DNA of 64,000 bases, from assembly GCA_030390025.1 (NCBI GenBank), contig CM059431.1, forward strand, positions 138,386,001 through 138,450,000, given 5' to 3'. Source of the stretch: Squalus acanthias. Taxonomy: Eukaryota. Shown piece after piece: positions 38,390 to 51,289 of the stretch. Under the pieces are notes generated by a model that saw only the letters and a list, made by a program, of their open reading frames with translations, searched no databases and had not been told where the DNA came from. The position numbers were made by a program, and so were the translations under genes. How positions within the stretch are numbered: position 1 is the stretch's first letter; every line of letters begins with the position of its first letter.

Positions 38390-41300
38390 AAAACATATAA
38401 TTTAATTGTAATTTGTGGTATTGATTTGAGATAATTTAAATTAATTAAAGGATAAGTCATGGCAGCCCCGCTCAGCCCCGTGGCATTCTCCTCCTGCACT
38501 ATGTGGGAAATCAGGGACACTTCCTGTGTCCCTGTTGACCAGGTGTGCGGGAAGTGTATCCAGCTGCAGCTACTGGCAGACCGCATTGCGGCGCTGGAGC
38601 TGCGAATGGATGCATACTGGAGCATTCGCGATGCTGAGGACATCGTGGATAGCACGTTTAGGGAGTTGGTCACACCGCAGATAAAGGCTGCACAGGCAGG
38701 AAGGGAATGGGTGACCTCCAGGCAGAGTAGTACGCGGGAGAGCTATAGTGATAGGGGATTCTATTGTAAGGGTAATAGATAGGCGTTTCTGCGGCCGCAA
38801 ACGAGACTCCAGGATGGTATGTTGCCTCCCTGGTGCAAGGGTCCAGGATGTCTCGGCGCGGCTGCAGGGCATTTTGGAGGGGGAGGGTGAACAGCCAGTT
38901 GTCGTGGTGCATACAGGTACCAACGATATAGGTAAAAAACGGGATGAGGTCCTAAAAGCTGAATATAGGGACTTAGGAGGTAAATTAAAAAATAGGACCT
39001 CAAAGGTAGTACTAGTCAGAGTTGAAATAGAAGGATATTTCAGATGAATACGTGGCTAGAGGAATGGTGCAAGGGAGAGGGATTCATATTCCTGGGATAT
39101 TGGAACCGGTTCTGGGGGAGGCGGGACCAGTACAAACTGAACGGTTTGCACCTGGGCAGGACTGGGACTGATGTCCTAGGGGGAGTGTTTGCTGGTGCTG
39201 TTGGGAAGTGTTTAAACTTAAATGGCAGGGGGTTAGGAACCTTTGCACGGAAACAGAGGAAAGGGAAGCATGAATATAAGCAAAAGACAGGAAGGAGAAA
39301 AGCATAAAATGGAAAGCAGAGAAATCAAGGGTGTAAATCAAACAGTGCTACAGTAGATAATAATTCTAAAAGGACTAAGAGTGTAAGAAAAACAAGCCTG
39401 AAGGCTTTGGGCTAAAAATTCGGCTGCTTGCACCTCCCATTAGCGCCTTAAGAGGGCGCTAATGGGGCGCAAAGCAGCTAACGCCCGGGCGCAGCGCCGC
39501 CCACGCCTCCCACAAAATTCAGCAGGAGGTTAGCGGCGGCGCCAGCCGGTAGCGCCTTGTGGTGCTGCGCCGCCGGCGATGACGTCATCGCCGTGCGCAG
39601 CACCCCGCTCACGCTCCAGCCGCGATCTTTAGTCGCGCCCCCTGATTTACCGCCAGACGCTATGTGCGACGGGTTCAGGGGGGCGTACGTGCGGCCGGGG
39701 CGGCGATATTTAAAGGGGAGGTGGCAGGCGGCCATTTTTGTTGCTGGCCGCCTGCCAGCACCTGCCCCCGTTGCTGTCCCCGGCCCCCGTGAAGCCCCCC
39801 CACCGTGAAGTGCCGGCTGCGCTCCAAGCGCCCGGCACTTCTCTTGAGTGCCGGGCTCTTTTGCCGGCACTCCCCATCCCTGGGGGCCCAGCTGGGCCCC
39901 GGTTCGTGCTGCGCAGGGCCCCTCCCCTTTAAGAAGGGGAGGAAGGCCTGCAATACCGCGGCGTGACGTGCCGCAGTGCCTGGCGCTGCGGCACGTAGCG
40001 CCAGGATATTCCCTCGCAGCGCCCCAAGAGGGATGCGGGGTCCTTCCAGTAGCGCCCCACTTCCCTCTTGGGGCGCAACCACTGAAGTTCCGGCGCGGGG
40101 GCGCTAATTTTTTCAGGGCGCTAAACGTAGTGCCCCGGCGAGGTTAGCGCCCCAAATGGGGCAATACTGAAATTTTAGCCCTTTGTGTCTTAATGCGAGG
40201 AGCATTCGTAATAAGGTGGATGAATTAGCTGTGCAAATAGATGTAAACGGATATGATATAATTGGGATTATGGAGATATGGCTCCAGGGTGACCAAGGCT
40301 GGGAATTCAACATCCAATATTCAATATTCAGGAAGGACAGAAAAAAGGAAAAGGAGGTGGTGTAGCATTGCTGGTTATAGGGGAGATTAACACAATAGTA
40401 AGGAAGGATATTAGATCTGATGATGTGGAATCTGTATGGGTAGAGCTGAGAAATACCAAGGGGCAGAAAATGTTAGTGGGAGTTGTATACAGACCCCCAA
40501 AACAGTAATGCTGAGGTTGGGGATGGCATTAAATGGGAAATTAGAGACGCGTGCAATAAGGACACAGCAGTTATCAAGGGTGCATTTAATTTACATATAG
40601 ATTGGGATAACCAAATTAGTAACAGTACTGTGGAGGAGGAATTCCTAGAGTGTATACGGGATGGTTTCCTGGTCCAATATGTTGAGGAACCAACTGGAGA
40701 TCAGGCCATCTTAGACTGGGTATTATGTATTGAGAAAGGATTAATTAGCAATCTTGTTGTGCGAGGCCCCTTCCGGAGGAGCGATCATAATATGATAGAA
40801 TTCTTCATTAAGATGGAGAGTAAAGTAGTTGACTCAGAGACTAGGGTCCTGAATTGAAATAAAGGGAACTATGATGGTATGACGCGCGAGTTGGCTAGGG
40901 TGGATTGGGGAGCGTTACTTAAAGGGTTTCCGGTGGATAGGCAATGGCAAACATTTAAAATCGCATGGATGAACTACAGAATTTGGTCATCCATGTTTGA
41001 CATAAAAATAAAACAAAAAAGGTGACTCAACCGTGGGTAACAAGGGAAATTAGGGATAGCATAAGATCCAAGGAGAGGACATATAAATTGGCCAGAAAAA
41101 GCAGCAAACCTGAGGATTGGGAGCAGTTTAGAAATCAGCAAAGGAGGACAAAGGGATTAATTAAGAGGGGGAAAATAGAATATGAGAGTAAGCTTTCAGT
41201 GAACATAAAAACTGACTGTAAAAGCTTCTATAGATATGTGAAGAGAAAACGATTGGTGAAGTCAAGCGTAGGTCCCTTGGAGTCAGAATCAGTGGAATTT

Positions 41301-43032
41301 ATAATGGGGAACAAAGAAATGGCTGACGAATTAAACACATACTTTGGTTCTGTCTTCACAAAGAAGGACACAAATAAACTCCCAGAGATGTCGGGGAACA
41401 TAGGGTCTCATGAGAGGGAGGAATTGAATGAAATCACTATTTGTAGGGAAATGGTGTTAGGGAAATTGACGGGTTTGAAGGCCGATAAATCCCCAGGGCC
41501 TGATAATCTACATCCTAGGGTACTTAAGGAAGTGGCCCTAGAAATAGTAGATGCATTGTTGGTATTCTTTCAAAATTCTATAAATTCAGGAACAGTTCCC
41601 GTGGATTGGAGGGTAGCTAATGCAAACCCACTATTTAAAAAAGGTGGTCGAGAATAAACGGGGAACTGACATCGGTAGTGGGCAAAATGCTAGAGTCCAT
41701 TATAAAAGATGTAATAGCAGAGCACATGGAAAACAGTGACAGGATCGGACAAAGTCAACATGGAATTACAAAAGTGAAATCATGCCTGAATAATCTACTG
41801 GAATTTTTTGAGGTTGTAACTGGTAGAATAGATAAGGGAGAAACAGTGGATGTGGTGTATTTGGACTTTCAGAAGGCTTTCGATAAGGTCCCGCATTAGA
41901 GATTAGCGTGCAAAGTTAAATCACATGGGATTGGGGGTGAGGTACTGATTTGGATAGAGAACTGGTTGGCTGAAAGGAAGCAAAGAGTTGGAATAAACGG
42001 GTGTTTTTCCGAGTGCCATTCAGCGACTAGTGGGGTACCACAGGGATCGGTGCTAGGACCCCAGCTATTCACAATATATATTAATGATCTAGACGAGGGA
42101 ACTAGATGTAATATCTCTAAGTTTGCAGACGACACAAAGATGGCTGGGCGTGTGTGCTGTGAGGAAGATGCAGAGAAACTCCAGTATGATTTGGACAGGT
42201 TGGGTGATTGGGCAGATGCATGGCAGATGCAGTATAATGTGGATAAATGCGAGGTTATCCACTTTGGTGGCAAAAACAGGAAGGCAGATTATTATCTGAA
42301 AGGCAATAGATTGGAAAAAGGGGAAGTGCAACGAGATCTGGGAGTCCTTGTGCACCAGTCGCTGAAGGTAAGCATGCAGCTGCAGCAGGCGGTTAAGAAG
42401 GCAAATGGTATGTTGGCCTGCATAGCGAGAGGATTCGAGTACAGGAGCAAGGATGTCTTGCTGCAGTTGTACAAGGCCTTGGTGAGACCACACCTTGAGT
42501 ATTGTGTGCAGTTTTAGTCGCCTTATCTGAGGAACGATGTTCTCGCCATGGAGGGAGTGCAGCGAAGATTTACCAGACTGATACCTGGGATGGCAGGAAT
42601 GACATATGAAGAGATTGGGTCGATTAGGCTTATATTTGATAGAGTTTCGAAGAATGAGAGGGGATCTCATTGAAACTTATAAAATTAGAACAGGACTAGA
42701 CAGACTAGATGCAGGAAGGATGTTCCCTGTGGCGGGGGAGTCCAGAACCAGGGGTCACAGTCTAAGGATAAGGGGTAAGCCATTTAGGACTGAGATCAGG
42801 AGGAATTTCTTCACCCAGAGAGTGGTGAACCTGTGGAATTCTCTAACACAGAAGGCAGTTCAGGCCATTTCATTAAATATATTCAAGAAGGAATTAGATA
42901 TATTTCTTAAGGCTAAAGGGATCAAGGGATATGGGGAGAAAGCAGGCACAGGGTACTGAATTTGGATGATCAGCCATGATCTCATTAAATGGCGGAGCAG
43001 GCTTGAGGGGCCGAATGGCCTACTCCTGCTCC
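38390..43032 (+). mobile_element. Near full-length, inactivated CR1 LINE: ORF1 (Zn-finger/leucine zipper + SGNH esterase) and ORF2 (APE endonuclease + RT)
   Basis: ORF1 from ATG 38459: SSCTMWE...CGKC, IGDSIVR, CLPGARV, VVHTGTNDI, GLHL. ORF2: [37 protein letters not shown]. Tail (ttctatg)n; stops and frameshifts throughout. Confidence 0.95.
39409..40181. mobile_element. GC-rich non-autonomous DNA transposon (PIF/Harbinger-like MITE) nested in the CR1
   Basis: Termini gggctaaaa...ttttagccc, 3-bp TSD TTT; removal restores the CR1 reading LKALCLNARSIRNK. Confidence 0.8.
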
Positions 43033-43539
43033 TATCTTCTATGCTTCTATGAAAGACAGTATACTACACATGGCACAATTTTGAAAATTGTAAATGATCA
43101 GAGATACCTTGATGTCCATATACACAAATCCTTCAATGTGGCAGGATAATTTGACAAGTTTGTTAAAAATCAAATGATTTATTTGTGTTTATAAATAGAG
43201 GGATAGAATAAAACAACAAAGTCATAATGCTAGAAATTTATAAAAATCTGGTAAAGCATCAGCTGGAGCATTGTTGACAATTCCAACACCACACTTCAGG
43301 AATGATGTAAAGGTCTTGAAAAGGGAACAGAGGAGTTTTAACACGATGTTAACAGGGATGAGGGACTTCAGTTATGATGAGAAGTTGGTAAAGTCAGGAC
43401 AGTTCTCCTTGGAACAGGGAAGTTAAGAGGTGACCTAATAGAGGTTTTCAAGATAATGTGAGGTTTGATAGAGTAGATACAGAAATACTATTCCCTCTGG
43501 CGAGTGGGTCAATAACTAGAGATATTGGCTAGTTTTATA

Positions 43540-45450
43540 TACCAGTGAATTCCCAGTCAAATTTACGCATCAAAGGCCAGGTTTGATGCCAGATGCTAAA
43601 CTTCTTCCAATAGCTTGTTAGACTCTCACCTCAGCAAAATCCTCGACTGAAGAGATTCTCAGTAAACATCCTGACATTTCAAATAATTGTTGAAGCTTCC
43701 CGTTTCTGGTCTTCGACACTGGGGGTCTTGAACCCAACCTAACGACCTTTCTCCAGTCCCAGTTAATGTAGTGATAATTCGAATTCTCTCACTCCACCTT
43801 CCTAGGTTACTGATCAATCAAAGAAACTTTTAACATAAATATGATTCATCTTGATTATAGAATCTGTCAAAGAAAAACAATGGGACTGTGTTTGTGATTA
43901 TTAATATATTTAATTTGTAAATATTACAACGTGTTTGAATTACTTATTTAATGTTAAATCGTACTTTTATTTTCCCCTATTTCTAGGCAATACAATCACA
44001 CAATATCTGCTGCCAAATCCAGCTCCGTCCACAGTGACATCCCACTGATGGTGTGCAACTAGGGGCAGGAACCTGTCTCTAGGTGACATCACAAAGGACA
44101 CAGTAGCCTATCACACTGCGTCCAGGAATAATGTCACAAAGCAGCCGGAGCCCCTCCCATTCGATATGATCCAGGATCACATGACCAGGCTCTGCTCCTA
44201 GTGTGAATTTCGTTTTAACAAGAAGGAGCAACAGAGACAATAATTGGAGGGATCATCAGTGGTATCAAGCGGTTGAATCGTCGGGATAGGAACAGCACGG
44301 GTAAGAGATAGGGCAATGTTCTCTCAACACTGTGGTATGGCATGGGTGAGATACAGAGTAAAACTCCCTTTACACTGTTCCATCAAACACTCCCAGAGCA
44401 GGTACAGCACGGGTTATATATAGTGTAAAGCTCCCGGTACAATGTCCAATCAAACACTCCCAGGGTAGGTACAGCACGGGTTAAATACAGAGTATAGCTT
44501 CCTTTCTACTGTACCATCTAATATTCCCAGGGCAGGTACTGTCAGGTTAAATACAGTGTAAATTTCGCTGTATTTTGGTTCATCAGGCACAGTCAACTCA
44601 GATACAGCCTCTGCTCAATACAGCGTAACCTCCTCTGACACTATCCAATGAAGCAAACCAACTCAGGCACAGCACGGTACGGTTACAGGATAGAATTCAG
44701 TGTTCATGTAATTCTTAAGCGCTCCCAGGTGAGATGTGGACATGTTTCACACACGAGTGAATCCCCAGTCAAATTTGCTGCATCAAAGGCCAAGCCTTGT
44801 GGCAAATGTTGAATAGCTGCCGATACCGGGTTCGACTCTCATCTCGGCAAAATCCTGGACTGATTGGATTCTCAGTTAAGTTCCCCACCCTTCCAATCAT
44901 TGCTGAAGTTATCTGTATTATCCGGTGTTTGAAGCTGGGCGTCATGACATCTCCAGTTATGTTCTGTGAACCCAATGACGTTTGTCCGGTCCCAGGTAAT
45001 GTTGTGATGATTCGACTTCTCTCTTTCTCCACCTTCCTGAGATTCTGCTGACTCCAAGAAACTAACAATATAAATATGATTAATATTAATTCCATAAACT
45101 GTGATCGGAATACAATGTGAGTAATTTTCCAACTATGAATATATTTAATTTAAATATATTTACAATTAATGACATTTGGTTGAATTATTCATTTAATATT
45201 AAATTGTTCTTGTCTTTCCTTATCCCTATTTATGAGGCTATACTCACTCACAATATCCGCTGCCAACTCCAGCTCCGCCCAGAGTAACTCACCACTGATG
45301 GTGCGTAACCAGGGGCGGAAACCTGTCTCCAGGTGACGTCAGAATGGAGCCAAGAGCCAATCATACAGCAGCCAGGAACAATGTCACAAAGCAGCCGGAG
45401 CTGCGTCCAGTCGAGGTGTCACAGGGTCACATGACAATACTCTTCTCCTG
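43540..45450. repeat. Diverged tandem duplication of an about 680-bp non-TE segment (43540-44215 and 44755-45450)
   Basis: Collinear shared words: cccagtcaaattt..catcaaaggcca, ctccaccttcct, cacaatatc.gctgccaa.tccagctccg, aatgtcacaaagcagccggagc. Confidence 0.85.
44290..44700. repeat. About 67-bp degenerate tandem repeat (also 45870-46100)
   Basis: catcaaacactcccag.gcaggtacagcacgggtta.atacagagtaaagctcc units. Confidence 0.85.
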
Positions 45451-46109
45451 ATGTGCAGTCTCACTGAGAATAAACTCAAGTTGTACATTCAGACCTGTCT
45501 CCGACCCTATTCCAAAGTACTCCGACTCCGTTCCCAAGGAGCACAGCTTCGCAAAATTTCCACTTAAGCATTTCCCTCCCATCCTCCAAATATGAAGACC
45601 CACTATTCAATGTTCACGTTTTGAGTTATACACCCCAAATGCTCCCTCGCATAATATCAGGCAGTGTGTCTCGCTCTTGCCTCGGAAGTGAGAGGCAGTT
45701 TGAGGTAATGGTGCTTGGATGAAGATATAACAAGCTGCTCTGCGTTCTAAAACCAGTCTATTCCCTGTATCAGGAGGGGCGTCAGAGGCAATGTGGAGGG
45801 GTCATCAGGGCTCGAAATGGGTTGGTCCATTGGAGCTATAATAGTGGTGAAATCATGGGCAATAATAGATAAAGCTCCGTCTAAACTGCCCCATCAAACA
45901 CTCGCAGTTAAGTTACGGCACGAGATAGATGCAGAGTAAATCTACCTCCACACCGTCCCATCAAACACTCCCAGGTCAGGTGCAGCATGGGTTACATACA
46001 GTATAAAGCATACTTAAACTGCCCATCAAACACTCCCACGTCAGGTCCAGCAGGGGTAGATACAGAGTAAAGCTCTCTCTACACTGTTCCATCCACCATT
46101 CTCAGCGCA

Positions 46110-46990
46110 TCATTGTCAGCAGTGTAGATGGAAGCATAAAGTTACAAAGAGATATTAATAGATTAAGGGAATGGGTAAACGGTGGCAAATGGCATTCAAT
46201 GCAGGCAAATATGGGGTCATCATCTTTGAACCTAAAATGAATAGAACAGAATAAATTCTCAAAATTTAAAGTCTAAAAACAGTGGAGGTCCAAAGACACT
46301 TGGTGGTCCATGTACAAAGATCATTAACATGACATGGATAGTAACAACAAATAATCAAAAAGTCTAATTGAATGCTGACCTTTATATCCAGAGAGTAGAG
46401 TACAAGGAGGTAGAAGTTATGCTACAGGTATGCAAAGCCCTGGTTAGACCACACCTGGAGTACTGTGAGCAGTTCTGGGCACCACACCTAGGAAGGATAT
46501 ATTGGCCTTGGAGGGAGTGCAGCCTAGATTTACCGAAATCATACCTGGACTCCAAGGGTTACATTAAGAGGAGAGGTTACACAGACTATGGATGTAGTCT
46601 CAGTTATTTAGAAGACTAAGGGGTGATTTAATTGATGTTTTAAAGATTTTCAGAGGAACTGAAGGGATAGATAGAGACACGATTTCCGCTGGATGGGGAG
46701 TCTAATACTTGGGGGCATAGTCTAAAAATTAGAGCCATGCCTTTCAGGAGCAAAGTTAGAAAAAACTCTCCACGGAAAGGTCGTTAGAAGTTTGGAATTC
46801 TCTTCCGCAAATGGCAATGGGTCAATTATTAATTTTAACTATAAGATTGATTGGTTTCTGTTAACCTATGTTATTAATGGGCATGGGCCAAAGGTGGGTA
46901 TATGGATTTAGGTCACAGAGCAGCCAGGATCTCATTGAATGGTAGAACAGGCTGGAGGGGCTAAATTGCCTACTCTTGGTCCTCTGTTCC
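46110..46990 (+). mobile_element. CR1 LINE 3' fragment
   Basis: ORF 46368 KALVRPHLEYCEQFWAPHL. Confidence 0.85.
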
Positions 46991-47840
46991 TAAGTTCCTG
47001 TACTAACATAGGTAGGATGGAGAATGACAAACTTCATATAAGAAAGCGTGCAGATGTGTTTGGAGGGAAAACAGTGGAGGGAACTTCAGTTATCAGTAGT
47101 ATTGGTAAACTAGAGGGAAGCAACGGAGATTTCCAGGAAGATGCTAAGTAACAGCGAGAGGCATCGACAGAACTTATTTGGGCATTATAGGGGACAGAAG
47201 AACTGTTAGGAAGATAGGAACTTGGCACAGACGAGAAAATCAGAGGATTTAGTGCAGTTTCAGCACTGGACATATTTTGGACGCTCCATTTGAGCTGAAA
47301 AGGGGGCTGGTACAGCCAGTACTGACAAGGAATGACGATTGGTGGGCCCAGCGATGGGAACAGACAGTACATGAAGGACACAGTGATCTATGGATCAATT
47401 TGAACGAATTAAATAAACAACATTTAAATTGCACAATCAAAGATCAAGATGAAGTGATGCAACACAATCATTATAAAATCAGCAGCAGCTGTCTTCAATC
47501 TGGGCGCCTGACTCTCGAAGCTCTAAGCTTAAACATGGAGAGTGCGACAGGGGGCACTGACTTGGAAAGAGAGCAGAATATGAGATATTATAAAGAAGTT
47601 GTGGTTCAGCCCTTTTGATTCAGAAAGAGTAGAACAATGAACAATCAAATATGATTGACACAGAACGGATTGAAAGAATGCTAGATGGCGAGAAACGACA
47701 CTGTAGTTGTAGATAATGTAACATATTAGGTTTAATATGCACCAGTAGGGATTGGTCTAATATTTACAAAATGTCAAACTTCATATCAAAAAGCGACACT
47801 AATAGAGCGAAAAGTGAGAGGTTAACTGGAACTGTTTATT

Positions 47841-47878
47841 TCACCCGACGAAGGAGCAGCAGCTCCGAAAGCTTGTGA
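47841..47878 (+). ncRNA. Penelope-type minimal type-I hammerhead ribozyme motif, core mutated
   Basis: tcac-CCGACGA-aggagc-agca-gctcc-GAAA-gctt-gtga: stem I TCAC/GTGA, stem II GGAGC/GCTCC, palindromic AAGCTT; the core has CCGA instead of CUGA. Confidence 0.65.
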
Positions 47879-48638
47879 TTTCAAATAAAACTGTTGGACT
47901 ATAACCTGGTGTTGTGCGACTTCTCATTTTTGTAAATACTGACGCAAAGTACTTATTTAGCAAGTCCACCATTTCCTTATTTTCATTTATAACATCACAA
48001 TTATCACTTTTTAAGGGGCACACAATGCTCTTAAAAAGCCATGTTGATATTATATAATTTTTACAAGATTTTTTTGTTGATTGTGATAAACCTTGAAAGT
48101 TTTTATATTCCATTTTTGTAGCTCTTACTGTCTGTTTTGTCACCCTTTGCTGAGATTTGTGTCTCTCCCATTCGACAGGATATGTGCTTTTTTTGCATTA
48201 GGGAATGCTTTTTCTTTTATTTTTATGTTGTCCCTTAACTATTTACTCGTTCTTAGTTATTTTTGGAAGTGAAACTCTTGCACCTCAGGGTTATAAACTG
48301 CTCCTGTATCACGTAAAATTATTTAGTGGACACATTACACTGATTTTCTGTCGTTTTACACGTTAACATGTTTGTCCATTTTACTGTGGACAGGCTCTGT
48401 CTCATCACGCTGAAGTCGGACATACCTAAATCTAAAATCTTAGTAGCTTTTTCTCGTTTCTCCCTTTCAAACAACACTTTGAAATTGATCATATTATCAG
48501 CCCTATTAGATAAATTCATCGTTCGGCTGTAAATAAATCTGGCCCTACACTCGTTATTTAATCTAATATGGCCTGCCCCCTTGTTGGTTCCAAGATATAT
48601 TGTGGCAGAAAAAATGTCCACCCTCAAACATACTCCAG

Positions 48639-48828
48639 CAATGGCCTTAAAAATGTATCAAATATTTCAATTTTATAATGCATCACAATGGGACAATCGC
48701 GTTCCTCGCTGGTTAAGGGGGAAGTTATGTATTGAGGGTTTTTTAAGAAGAAAGCACAATCTATACATAAACTTACATAATTTATTTCCGTTAAGAAATG
48801 GACTCTGTTTCCAAACCAGTTGATTTGG
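48639..48828 (-). pseudogene. GCNT1-like (core-2/I-branching GT14) fragment, copy 2
   Basis: Minus strand [50 protein letters not shown] resembles the GCNT stretch Y..xTxDC..F....YI..PLSxEExxFPIAYSxVxHxKIE; truncated. Confidence 0.8.
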
Positions 48829-48829
48829 A

Positions 48830-49100
48830 TTGACGGATGATTTGATGGATGGTGGACTGTTGGATCGATGGATGGATGGATTGACGGATGGATGGATGGA
48901 TGGATGGATGGATGGATGGATGTTTAAATGATTGGATGGATGGATGAATGGATGGTTGGATGGATGGATGGAAGGATGAATGGATGGATAGATGAATGGA
49001 TGTATGGATGGATGGATGGAATGACACGTGTATGGGTGAGACGACTGATGGTTTTATTGATGGATTGACTGTTGGATGTACGGGTGGATGGATGGATGAG
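48830..49100. repeat. (GGAT)n microsatellite
   Basis: Seen directly. Confidence 0.95.
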
Positions 49101-49261
49101 AACTTGGGTGGGTAGCTAGAGAGATAGGTAAACTGTCAGATATCTTAAAAGTGTGAGACAGCAATATAAACAGACAGTCACACTAACAACATACCCCTTT
49201 CTCTGCTGTTGGAGGATGAGCTGTTATTACATTCTCACCTTTGACAGAAATGAGTTATTTG

Positions 49262-49870
49262 ATTATCTTTACATTAGTTTTGATAGTTAAATTCAGTCCA
49301 TGTAGATTCATGAGCTATGTCCAGTGGACTGTGCTTCTCCCATGTATTTGGGGACGGCGTGAAGCTTGAACCATAAACCGCAGTTGAAGCTTTCCAATCT
49401 ACTGGCGATAAATACATTCTCAAAAGAGGACGTGATGGCTGCGACTGCCCAATGAAATGGTTCCAGAGCCTTCCTGTCCACATAGACAGAGTACACATTC
49501 TGTGGCATATAAATGGTCATTAAAAGTAAAAGTTAATAATTCAATTTTAAAATGTGTCGCAAATGGTTTTCGCACTGGGAAAATCGCGTTCCTCGTTGGT
49601 TAAGGATCTATTTCCAATAAGAGACGGACTTTGCTTCCGAATCCAGTTCAATTGGTAAATTTTCTAACGATTTCCTCGCAGCTACTGATTATTGGAAAGC
49701 AATTTGAACTTGTTTCAATGATAGCAAAAGCATCATGACGAATCTCTGCACGTCTTTGTGGGTTTCCACGACCATGTTTGCAAACTGGTTGAGAATATGT
49801 TCGCGTTTCTGACCAGGTGCAGTGATGCTAAATAACACACTATAAACATAATCACACTGAGTTTTTAATA
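49262..49870 (-). pseudogene. GCNT1-like beta-1,6-N-acetylglucosaminyltransferase pseudogene, 5' half, copy 1
   Basis: TM-like LSVIMFIVCYLASL; SLTNEERDFP; IYMPQNVYSVYVD...AITSSFENVFIASRLES; LMNLHGLNLTIKTN (compare LINLCGMDFPIKTN). Stops, frameshifts and a deletion; C-terminal half not seen. Confidence 0.85.
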
Positions 49871-50654
49871 ACTTTAATGTCCAGTATTCAGTTAGAGGTA
49901 AGTTGTGTCCTTCTGGGTTGAATCCTTATATTGTGTAATCTAGGTTCGGGTTGTCATGTTTTGCAACTTTGAAATTTGTGCTCAAATCAATGTCTTCTCG
50001 GCCTTTGTTGATTCTTTAAGAGCGAGGATGGGTGAACTAATTCCTGGATGTGTCGTCACCGAAAACAATTCCCATCGGTAGGCTCTTTCACTGAAAATAA
50101 AATGCCTACCTTTGAAAAAAAAACGACTTCAGTACAAATCACTTCTCCTCAGATAACACACAGTTAGTTCACATGCTTGTTTTCAAATCCATCCACGGCC
50201 TCGCCCCTCACATTTTACACACCTGTCCTAATATCTCCTTATGTGGCTCGGTATCACGCTCCTGGGAAGCGCCTTGGGATGTTTAACTATGTTGAAGGCG
50301 CTGTATAAATGCACTTTGTCTTTGTTGTTGCAGAAAGTGAAGAGGCTGTTTTAGGATTATTAACCATAACACAAACATTAAAATAACAGCCCCTATATAA
50401 CAGGGCCTCTTGACATGGTTAGGTCTCAGCAAAGATGTGATAAAATAATAAGCCAATTTACTGATAATCCAAAGTAAACAGTATTTTGCAGGTATTTTTC
50501 CTAACGTTCTGAGACATCGTCGTTGGGGAATAACGGCTAGGTTTGGCATGGTTGGGTTATAAAGGACTGGAAATTTAAATACTAGGTTTTCAGTAGAGAT
50601 CAATGATTCCAATGGCCTGACGTCCTGGAAAGGCAAGAGTTGGAGCGGGAGAAT

Positions 50655-50950
50655 CACAGAATGCCCACAGTGCAGATAGAGGCCATTTCTGCCCATCGAG
50701 CCTGCACCGACACATATTCTACCCTATCCCCGTAACCACACGTATTTAATCCCCCAAACACTAAGGGTCAATTTATCATAGCCAAATCAACCCAACCCGC
50801 ACATCTTTGGACTGTGGGAGGAAACCGGAGCACCCGGAGGAAACCCAAGCAGACACAGGGAGAATGTGCAAACTCCACACAGACAGTCACCCGAGGCCGG
50901 ATTCGAACCCGGGTCCCTGGCGCTGTGAGGCAACAGTGCTACCTGCCACT
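50655..50950 (-). mobile_element. HE1-type V-SINE
   Basis: Reverse complement of the V-domain (tgtgggaggaaaccggagcacccggaggaaaccca) plus tRNA-like head (ggattcgaacccggg). Confidence 0.88.
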
Positions 50951-51289
50951 GTGTTGCCCTGGATGCTCTGAATGGACGATGGGTGTTGATTTTAAAACAG
51001 GAAGGATGAAGAATGACAGGCTGAGCCTGTCAGATATTTCAAAGTTATGGATAACTTGAGTTAACCATTGTTTTAGTAACTTTGAAAATTGAATATGTGG
51101 CAAATTCGATAGTCCCATTTTACAGAATAGATGAAAGGCAAAATTGCCCGGATGGACTTCGTTTTTTGAAAAATAGAATAAAAATATTTTTTGTGACTTG
51201 CTGCGCCCCGACAACTATCAGAAAAAAAATCCTAACATGAATGCGTGTTCACTTAATTCTTGCTGTTGTTGCATCTTGTTATTTTGTGC

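Noticed and set aside
39478..40147. GC-rich overlapping ORFs, or a CpG-island promoter of a host gene
   Set aside because: Entirely within a TIR/TSD-bounded insertion; the ORFs reflect stop-codon scarcity at high GC.
47034..47618. ORFs of 113-115 aa in apparently unique sequence
   Set aside because: No recognisable motifs or splice support; lies between TE relics.
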